Source of the DNA: Minisyncoccia bacterium
Lineage (GTDB): Bacteria; Patescibacteriota; Minisyncoccia; Phycocordibacterales; UBA9973
Reading direction: 5' to 3'
Assembly: GCA_038244685.1 (NCBI GenBank)
Contig: JBBRTD010000001.1
Span: 2,339 to 66,338, forward strand
Length of the DNA: 64,000 nucleotides
Positions 1-9,200 of this stretch are shown one piece after another (the stretch's first letter is position 1; every line of letters starts with the position of its first letter). The translations under genes and the position numbers were made by a program. The notes below the pieces were generated by a model, which ran no database searches, was not told the DNA's origin, and saw nothing but the letters and a program-made list of their open reading frames with translations.

Positions 1-618
1 ATCGGCAATAATGTGTCCATAAAAATCTCCAAGATTTGGATCAAGAGTTGTAAATTGATAACTACCTATTTTAGCATCTGCATTTGTAACTGCATTTAAT
101 AAAGATGACTTCCCTGCATTCGGCAATCCTATTAAACCAATCTCGGCAAAAAGCTCTAGTTCTACTCTAAAGTTCCCTTCTTCTCCTGTTTTTCCTTTTG
201 TTGCTTTTGTAGGTGTTGTATTTGTAGAAGTCTTAAATTGTTCATTTCCATAACCACCAACTCCACCCTTAAGTAATAATTCTTTTTGTCCAACAGTCTC
301 CAGAGAAATAGAAGCACCACTTTCGGCACTTGTTATAATAGAACCCATAGGTAATTCTATTATCAAATCTTCTCCATCTTTACCATGTCGACTTCCTCCT
401 GCTCCTTCAAATCCATCATAGCCTCTAAACTCTTTCTTGTGTTTATATCTAGATAGAATATGGACATCTTGAACAGCGACAGCATATACACTGCCGCCTC
501 TTCCCCCGTCTCCACCGTTAGGACCTCCTTTATCTATAAACTTTTCCCGGCGCCAACGAACAACTCCGTCTCCGCCTCGGCCTGCTTTTGCAAAAAATTT
601 TATTTCGTCTATAAACAT
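1..618 (-). CDS. obgE: GTPase ObgE/CgtA (5' part; runs off window start)
   Basis: Not in the ORF track. Manual translation from ATG at 618 gives MFIDEIKFFAKAGRGGDGVVRWRREKFIDKGGPNGGDGGRGG..., later GLIGLPNAGKSS (P-loop) and FTTLDPNLG. Confidence 0.96.
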   Translation of the reverse strand, partial: MFIDEIKFFAKAGRGGDGVVRWRREKFIDKGGPNGGDGGRGGSVYAVAVQDVHILSRYKHKKEFRGYDGFEGAGGSRHGKDGEDLIIELPMGSIITSAESGASISLETVGQKELLLKGGVGGYGNEQFKTSTNTTPTKATKGKTGEEGNFRVELELFAEIGLIGLPNAGKSSLLNAVTNADAKIGSYQFTTLDPNLGDFYGHIIAD

Positions 619-632
619 ATAATACTTATAAC

Positions 633-1547
633 TTACGCTATTAATGCTTTTTGGGCAAGCTCTATGGCCCCCTCTTTAGATTTAGCAGTTAAATAAAAAC
701 CATTCTGATGACAAAAAGTGGCGTCAGCAACTCCAGTGACTTCTTTTAGTTTTCCATCTTTTTCCATTAAGCCTCTCCATGCCTCTGGAAAATATTTGCG
801 ACTTTCCATTGTATCAATAGATTTTCTAATTGCTTCAACTTTCCATGCACTACTTTTTGAACTTGGATATACAAGATATATTGGCTCTGATAGTTTCGAA
901 AGCGTATTTTGCAAAAGGTAACGAGGAAAATCATTCTCAGCAATAACAATTCTTTTATCCTCCGATTTATTGTAATATTCTAAAAGAGTATTTATACCAT
1001 CAATATCATCTTTGGCTATTTTAATTTCTCTTTTTAATAAATTAACTACTTTTTTAACTTGTTTCTTAAAAATATTATTTATATCTTTATTGTCTTCTTT
1101 CCAGGTTGGAATTTCTGATAAAAAAATAGCCTCAACCCCATAAGGGAAAACATTCGGAATAATTGGTTTTGATATATCTACACCACTATCTTTCGCATCA
1201 ATCGATAGAACTATCTTTCTCTCTATATAATCCGCAACTTCACGATTTCCACAAATTTGTTCTCCATATGCCTTCCAAACTAAACCAAAAGAGGCATAAG
1301 GTATACCATTTTCTCTCACCCCTGCACCGCCTTTTTGATGGTGATCAAAAAAGTTTAAAGATGAATCATTTTCTCCTCCAACATCATAAACATAATCCCC
1401 CGTCTTTAATACAAGAGGGTCACGAGAGCGGATTATTTTAATATTTCCATTATTAAGTATTGAAAGAGTAGCGGTCGCAAAAAGATCATCGGCGTGGAAT
1501 GTTCCGTCATGGGTAACACATATTTTATTCTTATGAAAAAATGACAT
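633..1547 (-). CDS. MYG1 (UPF0160) family DHH-like 3'-5' exonuclease
   Basis: THDGTFHADD, DVGG, FDHHQ, ASFGLVWK and FCHQNGF motifs typical of MYG1. Confidence 0.9.
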   Translation of the reverse strand: MSFFHKNKICVTHDGTFHADDLFATATLSILNNGNIKIIRSRDPLVLKTGDYVYDVGGENDSSLNFFDHHQKGGAGVRENGIPYASFGLVWKAYGEQICGNREVADYIERKIVLSIDAKDSGVDISKPIIPNVFPYGVEAIFLSEIPTWKEDNKDINNIFKKQVKKVVNLLKREIKIAKDDIDGINTLLEYYNKSEDKRIVIAENDFPRYLLQNTLSKLSEPIYLVYPSSKSSAWKVEAIRKSIDTMESRKYFPEAWRGLMEKDGKLKEVTGVADATFCHQNGFYLTAKSKEGAIELAQKALIA

Positions 1548-1550
1548 ATA

Positions 1551-2171
1551 TTATAATTCTTCTATGCTAGATTGATTAATATTAAATAATTCAAAAATAA
1601 ATGCACTAATTTTTTCTATAACGAAAAAGAAAATAAAGAAGATGAGAATCATCAAAAGAACGTTTCGAATATCTCTACTTATAGATAAGGCTGTGTAACC
1701 GAAAAAGTATCCTAATGTCATAACCCCAATAGACCATACTACCAATGAATAACTTTCCGCCTTTATATATATAGCAAGTGGAATTTTTTTATAACCTGAA
1801 AAGATAAGAGTAAACCATCCAATTCCTAATATAAAAAATCTTGAAATAAAAATTGACCAATAGGGTCTTTCTTTAAATTTTGGTAAAAAATATGAAATCC
1901 TTCCTTCCATCTTTCTAATAAATTTATTATGCGAATGATGTTTTTGTAAAAAAAAACCAACACTATATCCTAAAAAGGATTTCGTTGCACCTCCCAGAAT
2001 AACAGCAATGAGTGCAACAAAAATATGTATTGAACCTAAATATGAAAAAATACCAGCAAAAACAACAACAATTTCTCCTTCAAGAATAACTCCTAAAAAA
2101 ATTACAAGATAAACAATAATAGCGTGAATCTCAATAAAATGCCTTATTGTTCCAATAGAAATATACTCCAT
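1551..2171 (-). CDS. DedA/VTT family membrane protein
   Basis: Hydrophobic; LEGE..AG, LGYSVG and ISRF motifs. Confidence 0.8.
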   Translation of the reverse strand: MEYISIGTIRHFIEIHAIIVYLVIFLGVILEGEIVVVFAGIFSYLGSIHIFVALIAVILGGATKSFLGYSVGFFLQKHHSHNKFIRKMEGRISYFLPKFKERPYWSIFISRFFILGIGWFTLIFSGYKKIPLAIYIKAESYSLVVWSIGVMTLGYFFGYTALSISRDIRNVLLMILIFFIFFFVIEKISAFIFELFNINQSSIEEL

Positions 2172-2177
2172 AAAATA

Positions 2178-2522
2178 TTAAAAATCAAAATGGAATACCT
2201 TTTTGAGAATCCAATTTATTACAGATACAAGAATGGCACCAACAAATGCGGCAGAAAAGGTTGTAACGTTAAATCCATTTATAACATTACCTAAATACCA
2301 GAATAATAAACCATTTACGACAAGAGAAAAAAGTCCAAGTGTCACAATATTTATAGGTAAGGTTAAAATATTTATAACTGGCTTAATAAACATGTTAAAC
2401 AAAGTTAAACAAGCCCCGACGATAAGAGCGACCCAAATAGGAGCCAAACTTATTCCTGAAATAATTTTTGTTGTAGCAAAAACAGCTAGAGATAAAATAA
2501 TCCAATGTAAAATAATTTTCAT
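2178..2522 (-). CDS. 4-TM 'phage holin family' (YvlD-like) membrane protein
   Basis: IKPVINILTLPINIVTLGLFSLVVNG signature. Confidence 0.85.
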   Translation of the reverse strand: MKIILHWIILSLAVFATTKIISGISLAPIWVALIVGACLTLFNMFIKPVINILTLPINIVTLGLFSLVVNGLLFWYLGNVINGFNVTTFSAAFVGAILVSVINWILKKVFHFDF

Positions 2523-2534
2523 ACAATATATAAT

Positions 2535-2990
2535 TTAAATAAATAATTTATCGACGACCTCTTTAACTAAGGCACCATCAGCCTTTCCTTTAAGATCTTT
2601 CATAACAGACGCCATGAACATTCCCTTCTTTGTTGGATCTTTAATAGCAAGTTCACTAATCTTAACTTTTACAATCTCTTCGATATCGCCTACTTCCATT
2701 AATTTAGGTAAAAATTCTTCTATTATTTTAAGCTGAGCCGCTTCTCCTTCTACTAAATCCATACGATTACCTTTTGTAAATTGTTCAATTGAATCTTTTC
2801 TTTGTTTTGAGGCTCTTGTAATAACCTTAATAACATCATCGTCTGACAAAAAATCCTGAGGAGTTTTACCGGTAGCCACAAGTTCATTCGTAAAAGCAGT
2901 AACTAACCCTCTCATAACTTCAAGGCGAACACTATCTCTTGCTTTCATGGCTTCTTTTATATTGTTTTTTATTTGTTCATGTAGTGACAT
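2535..2990 (-). CDS. GatB/YqeY domain protein
   Basis: MSLHEQIKNNIKEAMKARD...KQRKDSIEQF..GNR...GKADG. Start moved to 2990; a TACAAT -10 box lies 8 nt upstream. Confidence 0.9.
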   Translation of the reverse strand: MSLHEQIKNNIKEAMKARDSVRLEVMRGLVTAFTNELVATGKTPQDFLSDDDVIKVITRASKQRKDSIEQFTKGNRMDLVEGEAAQLKIIEEFLPKLMEVGDIEEIVKVKISELAIKDPTKKGMFMASVMKDLKGKADGALVKEVVDKLFI

Positions 2991-3023
2991 ATGCTTATAT
3001 TGTAGCAAAAAGGCAACAAAATA

Positions 3024-3046
3024 AAAAGGAGTCATAAGACTCCTTT
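3024..3046 (-). terminator. Intrinsic terminator after the 3061-3669 gene
   Basis: aaagggagtc-ataa-gactccttt hairpin with A/T flanks. Confidence 0.6.
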
Positions 3047-3060
3047 AAAATAAACACAAA

Positions 3061-3669
3061 CTATTCAAGACTTTCTATGATTTTTTGAACAGAAACTTCT
3101 AATGATCCAAACTTAATATTTTTCTTTAAAAAACCAAGTGCTAATTTGAGCTGCATTTCATTTTCTTTTACCACAGAAATATGATTTTTTAGTTCACCCT
3201 TAGCAAGAGAAATTGATTCTAAACACCAAATTTCCAAAAATTTACCTTCTTCTTGCCTTCTTGAACGAAGACATTCAAAACCATAGGAAATTAATTTATT
3301 AATCTCTTCCTTGTAGTTTCCGGGAGTATAAGACAATCCACAAACAGAATGAAAGGAAATGGAAACACGAGAGCAATCATCCTCATCTAATTTATCCATT
3401 TCAAGCAAAGAGTAAGTGCAGTCCATTTCAGATTTTGTGGCCTTCCGCCAGAATGGCAACATTTCTTCATCTAAAACTGGTGAAGGTAGTGGCTCATAAT
3501 ATGGGAAATATTCAAGTCTTCCATTTACGATTCTAATCCAATAGGTTCCATTTCCTCTTAAAGAGCCCAAGACGATTCTTTCCTCAATATCTGATAGGTC
3601 AGATATATCAATAATTTTTTTTGAATTATTATCCAGCTTAGTAGATACTTTTATTCTTATATCTTTCAT
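3061..3669 (-). CDS. Hypothetical protein, 202 aa
   Basis: Long ORF with its own promoter and terminator; no family recognised. Confidence 0.7.
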   Translation of the reverse strand: MKDIRIKVSTKLDNNSKKIIDISDLSDIEERIVLGSLRGNGTYWIRIVNGRLEYFPYYEPLPSPVLDEEMLPFWRKATKSEMDCTYSLLEMDKLDEDDCSRVSISFHSVCGLSYTPGNYKEEINKLISYGFECLRSRRQEEGKFLEIWCLESISLAKGELKNHISVVKENEMQLKLALGFLKKNIKFGSLEVSVQKIIESLE

Positions 3670-3694
3670 AATTATAAATTTAAATGTTTTTATT

Positions 3695-3723
3695 AAAATA
3701 CCATTTAAAAATGATTATGTCAA
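3695..3723 (-). promoter_or_regulatory. sigma70-type promoter
   Basis: TTGACA-17 nt-TATTTT with TG extension. Confidence 0.6.
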
Positions 3724-3798
3724 TATTTTTAATGGTCAATTTTCCAAAAAATTAAGAGTTATATCTGATATTTTTAGTTTATGTTAATATATAAATAT

Positions 3799-4521
3799 AT
3801 GAAAATTATATTTTTTGATACAGAAACAACAGGCAATGAGCCTAAAAAGGATTTACTTTGCCAACTCGCTTATAAGATAGGAGAAGAAAGTTTTTGCGAG
3901 CTTTATAAACCAGGAATTCCGATTCCACCAGAGGCAAGTGCTATCACCCACATCACCAATAAAATGGTTGCGGATAAACAAGCCTTCCAAGAAAGTAGTG
4001 AGTATAAAAATATCAAAGAATTATTTGAGGACAAAAACTCTGTAGTTGTGGCTCATAATGCAAAGTTTGATATTGCCATCATGGATAATGAAAAAATATA
4101 TCCATCAAACTTTATTTGCACTCTTCGTGTAGCAAGAGCTTTAGATAAAGAAAATGTCATTCCTCAATATAAACTACAATACTTAAGATACTACCTAGAT
4201 ATTGATATAGAAGCCGAAGCTCATGATGCGTTAGGAGATGTTCTTGTTCTTGAAAAACTATTTGAAAGATTGATAGCAAAAATAATGAAAGAAGATAATT
4301 TAAATGAAGAAGAGGCAGTTGCTAAAATGATAGAAATTTCAAGTAAGCCTTCAATGATGAATCTATTTTCATTTGGTAAACATAATGGAAAAACAGTAGC
4401 TGAGGTCGCAAGAATTGACCCTGGATATTTAGATTGGATGCTAACTCAAAAAGAACAGAACCCTGAAAACGAAGAAGATTGGATTTATACTCTCCGTCAT
4501 CATTTAGGTAGATTAGTTTAA
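3799..4521 (+). CDS. DEDDh 3'-5' exonuclease (DnaQ/ExoX-like) with C-terminal FGKH..G..YLDW domain
   Basis: FFDTETTG, AHNAKFD and HDALGD motifs; C-terminal FSFGKHNGKTVAEVARIDPGYLDWML. Confidence 0.88.
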   Translation: MKIIFFDTETTGNEPKKDLLCQLAYKIGEESFCELYKPGIPIPPEASAITHITNKMVADKQAFQESSEYKNIKELFEDKNSVVVAHNAKFDIAIMDNEKIYPSNFICTLRVARALDKENVIPQYKLQYLRYYLDIDIEAEAHDALGDVLVLEKLFERLIAKIMKEDNLNEEEAVAKMIEISSKPSMMNLFSFGKHNGKTVAEVARIDPGYLDWMLTQKEQNPENEEDWIYTLRHHLGRLV

Positions 4522-4543
4522 AATTATGCTAAAATATTAAAAT

Positions 4544-5608
4544 ATGGAAATATTAACTATTGTATTCCTCGCTATACTTATTGCCCTTGTAATTGGATTA
4601 TTCTTTTTTTTAAAAAGAGAACCAATAATTAAAGACGATACTTCAATGCAATTAATGCTTACTCAGATAAATGAACTTTCTAGGACATTAGATAGTAAGC
4701 TCGGTGAATCACAAAAAGAAATCACACAAACAATGCGATTTCAATCAACTGAAACGTCAAGAATCATAGCAGATATAACAGAGAAAATTACTCGCCTTGA
4801 TGAGACAAATAAGCAAGTCGTTTCATTTGCAGACCAATTAAAAAATCTTCAAGACATATTAAAGAATCCTAAACAGCGTGGGGTCTTAGGAGAATATTAT
4901 TTAGAAACGTTACTTAAGAATACAATGCCTCCAGGATCATATGAAATGCAATACCAGCTTGGTAAAAGCGAAGACGGTAAAGATTTAATTCCAGACGCTG
5001 TTGTATTTGTAAAAGATAAAATTATTCCAGTGGATTCGAAATTCTCTCTTGAAAATTACAATCGTATAAGTGAGACAAATGATAAAACAGAAAAAGATAG
5101 ACTTGAGAAAGTTTTCGTCAACGACCTGAAAAACCGTATCGTTGAAACCTCAAAATATATTCAACCGGATAAAGGAACCATGGATTTTGCTTTCATGTTT
5201 ATCCCTCACGAAGCCATCTATTATGACTTACTCGTGAATAAGATTGGTGGTGGAAATAATGAAGAAACAGATAATTTAATCCAGAGAGCAGCCAGTAAAT
5301 ATAAAGTCATAATTGTTTCCCCTACTTCATTCCTAGCCTACCTTCAAACCGTTCTACAAGGACTCAAGGCCATGCAAATAGAAGAAAGTGCTAAGGATAT
5401 AGTAAAGAGAGTTGGTGAGCTTGGTACGCACTTAAGAATATATGAAGATTTACACCAAAAGCTTGGTAATGCTTTAACTACTACTGTAAATCATTTTAAT
5501 AAATCAAATAATGAATTTAGAAAAATAGATAAAGATGTTATGCGCATTACAGGAGAAGCAATAAGTATAGAGACTCTCTCAATAGAAAAACCTCAGATAG
5601 AAGAATAA
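4544..5608 (+). CDS. rmuC: DNA recombination protein RmuC
   Basis: N-terminal TM plus coiled coil; KQRGVLGE, PD...VDSKF, TMDFAFMFIPHE, VSPTS. Confidence 0.92.
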   Translation: MEILTIVFLAILIALVIGLFFFLKREPIIKDDTSMQLMLTQINELSRTLDSKLGESQKEITQTMRFQSTETSRIIADITEKITRLDETNKQVVSFADQLKNLQDILKNPKQRGVLGEYYLETLLKNTMPPGSYEMQYQLGKSEDGKDLIPDAVVFVKDKIIPVDSKFSLENYNRISETNDKTEKDRLEKVFVNDLKNRIVETSKYIQPDKGTMDFAFMFIPHEAIYYDLLVNKIGGGNNEETDNLIQRAASKYKVIIVSPTSFLAYLQTVLQGLKAMQIEESAKDIVKRVGELGTHLRIYEDLHQKLGNALTTTVNHFNKSNNEFRKIDKDVMRITGEAISIETLSIEKPQIEE

Positions 5609-5647
5609 TAAAAACCTCTCGAAGAGATTCGAGAGGTTTTTATTATT
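5604..5647. terminator. Bidirectional terminator between convergent genes
   Basis: aataataaaaacctctcgaa-gaga-ttcgagaggtttttattatt inverted repeat. Confidence 0.8.
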
Positions 5648-5656
5648 TGATATAGA

Positions 5657-6118
5657 TTAATAGTTACAAGAGTAAGAAGAACAAGGAATGTAACTCTTCT
5701 GGAATCCTCCACCGTAACCATATGATGGATAATTATTTCCATAATAACTGTTACCATAATTATAATATGAGTTTGAATTATTATTGTAATTCCCTCCATA
5801 ATTATAAGTTGGGTAAGAATTATAATTACTATATGAATTAGTATTATATCCATAACCATATGATGGATAAGAATTATAACTATTACCATAGTAACCACTA
5901 TCATAAGATGAATAACTATTTCCGTAATAACTGTTATCGTATGAAGAATAACTATTATTATAATAAGGAGAATAGCCTCCGTAATTATTATATCCATTGT
6001 AGCCTACGCCAACATGGAAATAATCCCAAAAAGATGCTTCTGATTTGGTTGGATTAACAAAAACCCCTAGACCAATCAATAAAACAAATATAAAAAATGT
6101 CATGTATATTCTTTTCAT
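5657..6118 (-). CDS. Secreted Tyr/Asn/Ser/Gly-rich low-complexity protein
   Basis: Signal peptide (MKRIY...SEA), then YNSG repeats such as NSYSSYDxxYYG; perfect promoter upstream. Confidence 0.75.
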   Translation of the reverse strand: MKRIYMTFFIFVLLIGLGVFVNPTKSEASFWDYFHVGVGYNGYNNYGGYSPYYNNSYSSYDNSYYGNSYSSYDSGYYGNSYNSYPSYGYGYNTNSYSNYNSYPTYNYGGNYNNNSNSYYNYGNSYYGNNYPSYGYGGGFQKSYIPCSSYSCNY

Positions 6119-6127
6119 AATCTTTAT

Positions 6128-6156
6128 ATTATATAGCTTTTATATGCTTTTGTCAA
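6128..6156 (-). promoter_or_regulatory. Perfect-consensus sigma70 promoter
   Basis: TTGACA (6156-6151), 17 nt, TATAAT (6133-6128). Confidence 0.85.
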
Positions 6157-6173
6157 TATAATAAAAATTACAA

Positions 6174-6210
6174 AAATACCCTAGATAAATCAGGATTATC
6201 TAGGGTATTT
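6174..6210 (-). terminator. Intrinsic terminator after the 1551-aa gene
   Basis: aaataccctagataa...ttatctagggtattt, 15-bp stem. Confidence 0.75.
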
Positions 6211-6219
6211 ACTTTTATA

Positions 6220-9200
6220 CTATAAATTCAATAATTTAATTTTCGCTCTACTAATAGATCCAAAGTACCCTGCTGATGGATATACTTTATTTGCTTTTTG
6301 CCATTCAGATAGAGCTAGCTTTGTTAATTTTCCAAAATAATTAGTTGCTCCATTTAAAGATAATTTTCTTGAATTTGGTCCTTCATTTTCTTTAATTAAA
6401 AATAATTGCAATATCTTAACATCATTGTTTTTAATACCAAATTTTAAATCTTTTGTAACTTTAATTATTTCTACATTCGATGTAGTTTTTATTTCTACTG
6501 GATTAATAACAGGAGAAATAATAGCAATAGGAACTACAGGAGAAACAACAACGGGAGGACGGTACCCAGAACTACTACCTCCACCACTCGTATTACCGAT
6601 ACTGCCAGGAGTAATATACTCGAAAGTTGAAATAGAAGAATCATTTAAACTATTACAAACACGGATATAAATCTTTTGAGCAGGAGTAAAAGAAAGAGCC
6701 TGTGTGTAAAGAGTTCCATCGAGACAATCAACTGGCATGGAAACCGTAGAGTATTTCATATAAGTAGTAGTTATAACTTCCCCACTACCACCTGCGGAAA
6801 TGATATATGCGAAGCTGGCAATCGAAGAATTCCCAGCATCATCACAAGCGCGAACATATATTGTTTGGGAATCAGATACTGCAATAGCTCCTGCATATAA
6901 AATTCCTGACGAGCATGATGAAGGTGTTGCATCTATGGCATATCTTATATAATTACTTCCAACAGAGCTAAGAACAACTGACTGAGAAGAATAATATGTT
7001 TTAGGGGTAAGAGAAGACAAAGGGATTTCTGGTGGTGTTGTATCAATATTATAAATGAAACTTGCAGTGGAAGAATTTCCTGCATCATCACAAGCTCGTA
7101 CGTAAACAGTTCCCCCAGGTGAAGACATTAATATTTCACCACTATAATTTAAACCAAGAGAGCAATCATTTGGCATTATGCTTGTTCCATATTTAATATA
7201 ACTACTTCCTTCGGAACTCAATGATATTGATTGATTAGAATTATATATTCCAGGAAGAACAGAAGATACTGGGGTCGAAGGTGAAACAGTATCAATAACA
7301 TATACAAAACTTGATGTTGATGAATTATTAGCTACATCACAAGATCGAACATAAATAGTTTGAGATGAAGATATATTTATAGGTCCAGAATATAATGAAC
7401 CAGCGGAACAATCTGCTGGCATAGAAGAAGTATCATAACGAATAGAATCACTTCCTGAGGCGCTTATTGATATTGATTGATTTGAATTAAAAGTACCAGA
7501 CAAAGGAGAAGCAATCGGTGTTAGTGGTTCTGTTGTATCAATTGTATATATGAAACTTGAAGTTGTTGAATTACCAGCTGTATCACAAGCGCGAACATAA
7601 AGTGTAGACGAAGAAGAGATAGAAATTGATCCAGAATATAAGGTACCAAGAGAACAAGTCGCTGGCATTGAAGCAAGTCCATATCTTATATAATCACTAC
7701 CAATTGATGACAATGAGGCAGATTGAACACTATTATAAATTCCTGGTGTCACCGAAGATAAGGGCGTTTCTGGTGGAACCATATCAATAACATATGCAAA
7801 ACTTACTGTTGAAGAATTCCCAGCATCATCACAAGCGCGAACATAAAGAGTGGATGAAGAAGAAACTGGAACAGGACCAGAATATAATGTACCAAGAGAG
7901 CAAGTGGCTGGCATTGAAGCGTTAGAGTATTTAATGTAATTACTATCAATAGAACTTAAAGAAACAGATAGTGCTGTATTGTAAGAACCAGAAGTAAATG
8001 AAGAGATTGGAATCTCGGGTGATACTGTATCTATAATATATTCAAAGCTAGAGGTAGATGAATTCCCTACACTATTACAAGCTCGAGCATAAATAGTTTG
8101 AGATGAAGATATATTTATCGGACCAGAATATAATGTACCAAGAGAGCAAGTGGCAGGAATCGCATCAGTTGCATATTTAATATAATCACTACCAGTAGAA
8201 CTTATAGATACAGATTGAGGAGAATTATATAAACCCGGCAATGGCAAAGCCTGCGGAGTAATAATTGAAATATCACTCACTGTTATTTCAATACCAAAAG
8301 TAATAATACCTCCTGTATTTTGAGCTGTAACTGTATAAGTCGAGAGAGAATTAATTGAAGTTGGTGTTCCAGATATAATACCGGTTATTTCATCAAGAGA
8401 AAGCCCTGCAGGTAAACTAGGAGATATAGAATAAGTAATTCCCTGTCCTGTTACTGTTGGAGAAAGAGGAGTAATAATTGTCCCTCGAGTATAAAGATTG
8501 GGAGTGTTATAAGAAAGAGAACTAGGTGCTACATCATTTACACTTATGTTAATACCAAAATTAACACTACCTCCTGTATTTAAAGCTGTAACAGTATGAT
8601 TGGATGAAGAAATAATTTCTGTTGGTGTTCCACTTATCACACCAGTTGAAGTATTGAAGGAAAGTCCAGATGGTAAACTAGGAGATATAGAATAAGTAAT
8701 TCCCTGTCCTGTTACTGTTGGAGAAAGAGGAGTAATTGTATTATTTTTAGTATAAATATTTGGAGAATTATAAGACAAAGAGCTGGGTGCGGCCAAAAGA
8801 TTTTCTTTGATTTCAAATGCATTTAAAAAGCCATAACCCCAAGCTGCAACCTTAGGAGCCACAGTTACTTCTATCTCACCACTAACAGGAAGAACATCTA
8901 AAAATTCAACGGTATTAGTAAGATTAGTTTTTACGATAAGCTCCTTGGTCTGGCCTCCAATTGTATAAAGAGTTATCGCACTATTTCCAGTTGCCCCAAC
9001 AGCAGAAGTAGATCCAAATAATTTAATATTATAAGTTTTCATACTTTCTAAACCATAAATTTTAAATTTAGCAGGAGTTGTTGTGGACGAATATATCTGA
9101 ACATTTTCATTAATAACTGTATCTGGATATAGACCAGTATTGTTTCCACTTGTATAACCATTCAAGCCTCCTGATTTAAATGGAGCAGTATTTGATAGAG

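Noticed and set aside
2178-2522. 'Phage holin' as evidence of a prophage
   Set aside because: This 4-TM family is common in chromosomes, and no phage genes are nearby.
5593-5997. 134-aa Ile/Thr/Met-rich ORF overlapping the YNSG protein
   Set aside because: Alternative frame of the same low-complexity repeats; the 5657-6118 frame has the signal peptide and promoter.
6700-8740. Repeats as a CRISPR array or DGR template/variable pair
   Set aside because: They are in-frame protein domain repeats with 246-261 bp periods; no spacers, cas genes, reverse transcriptase or evident adenine-specific mismatch pattern.
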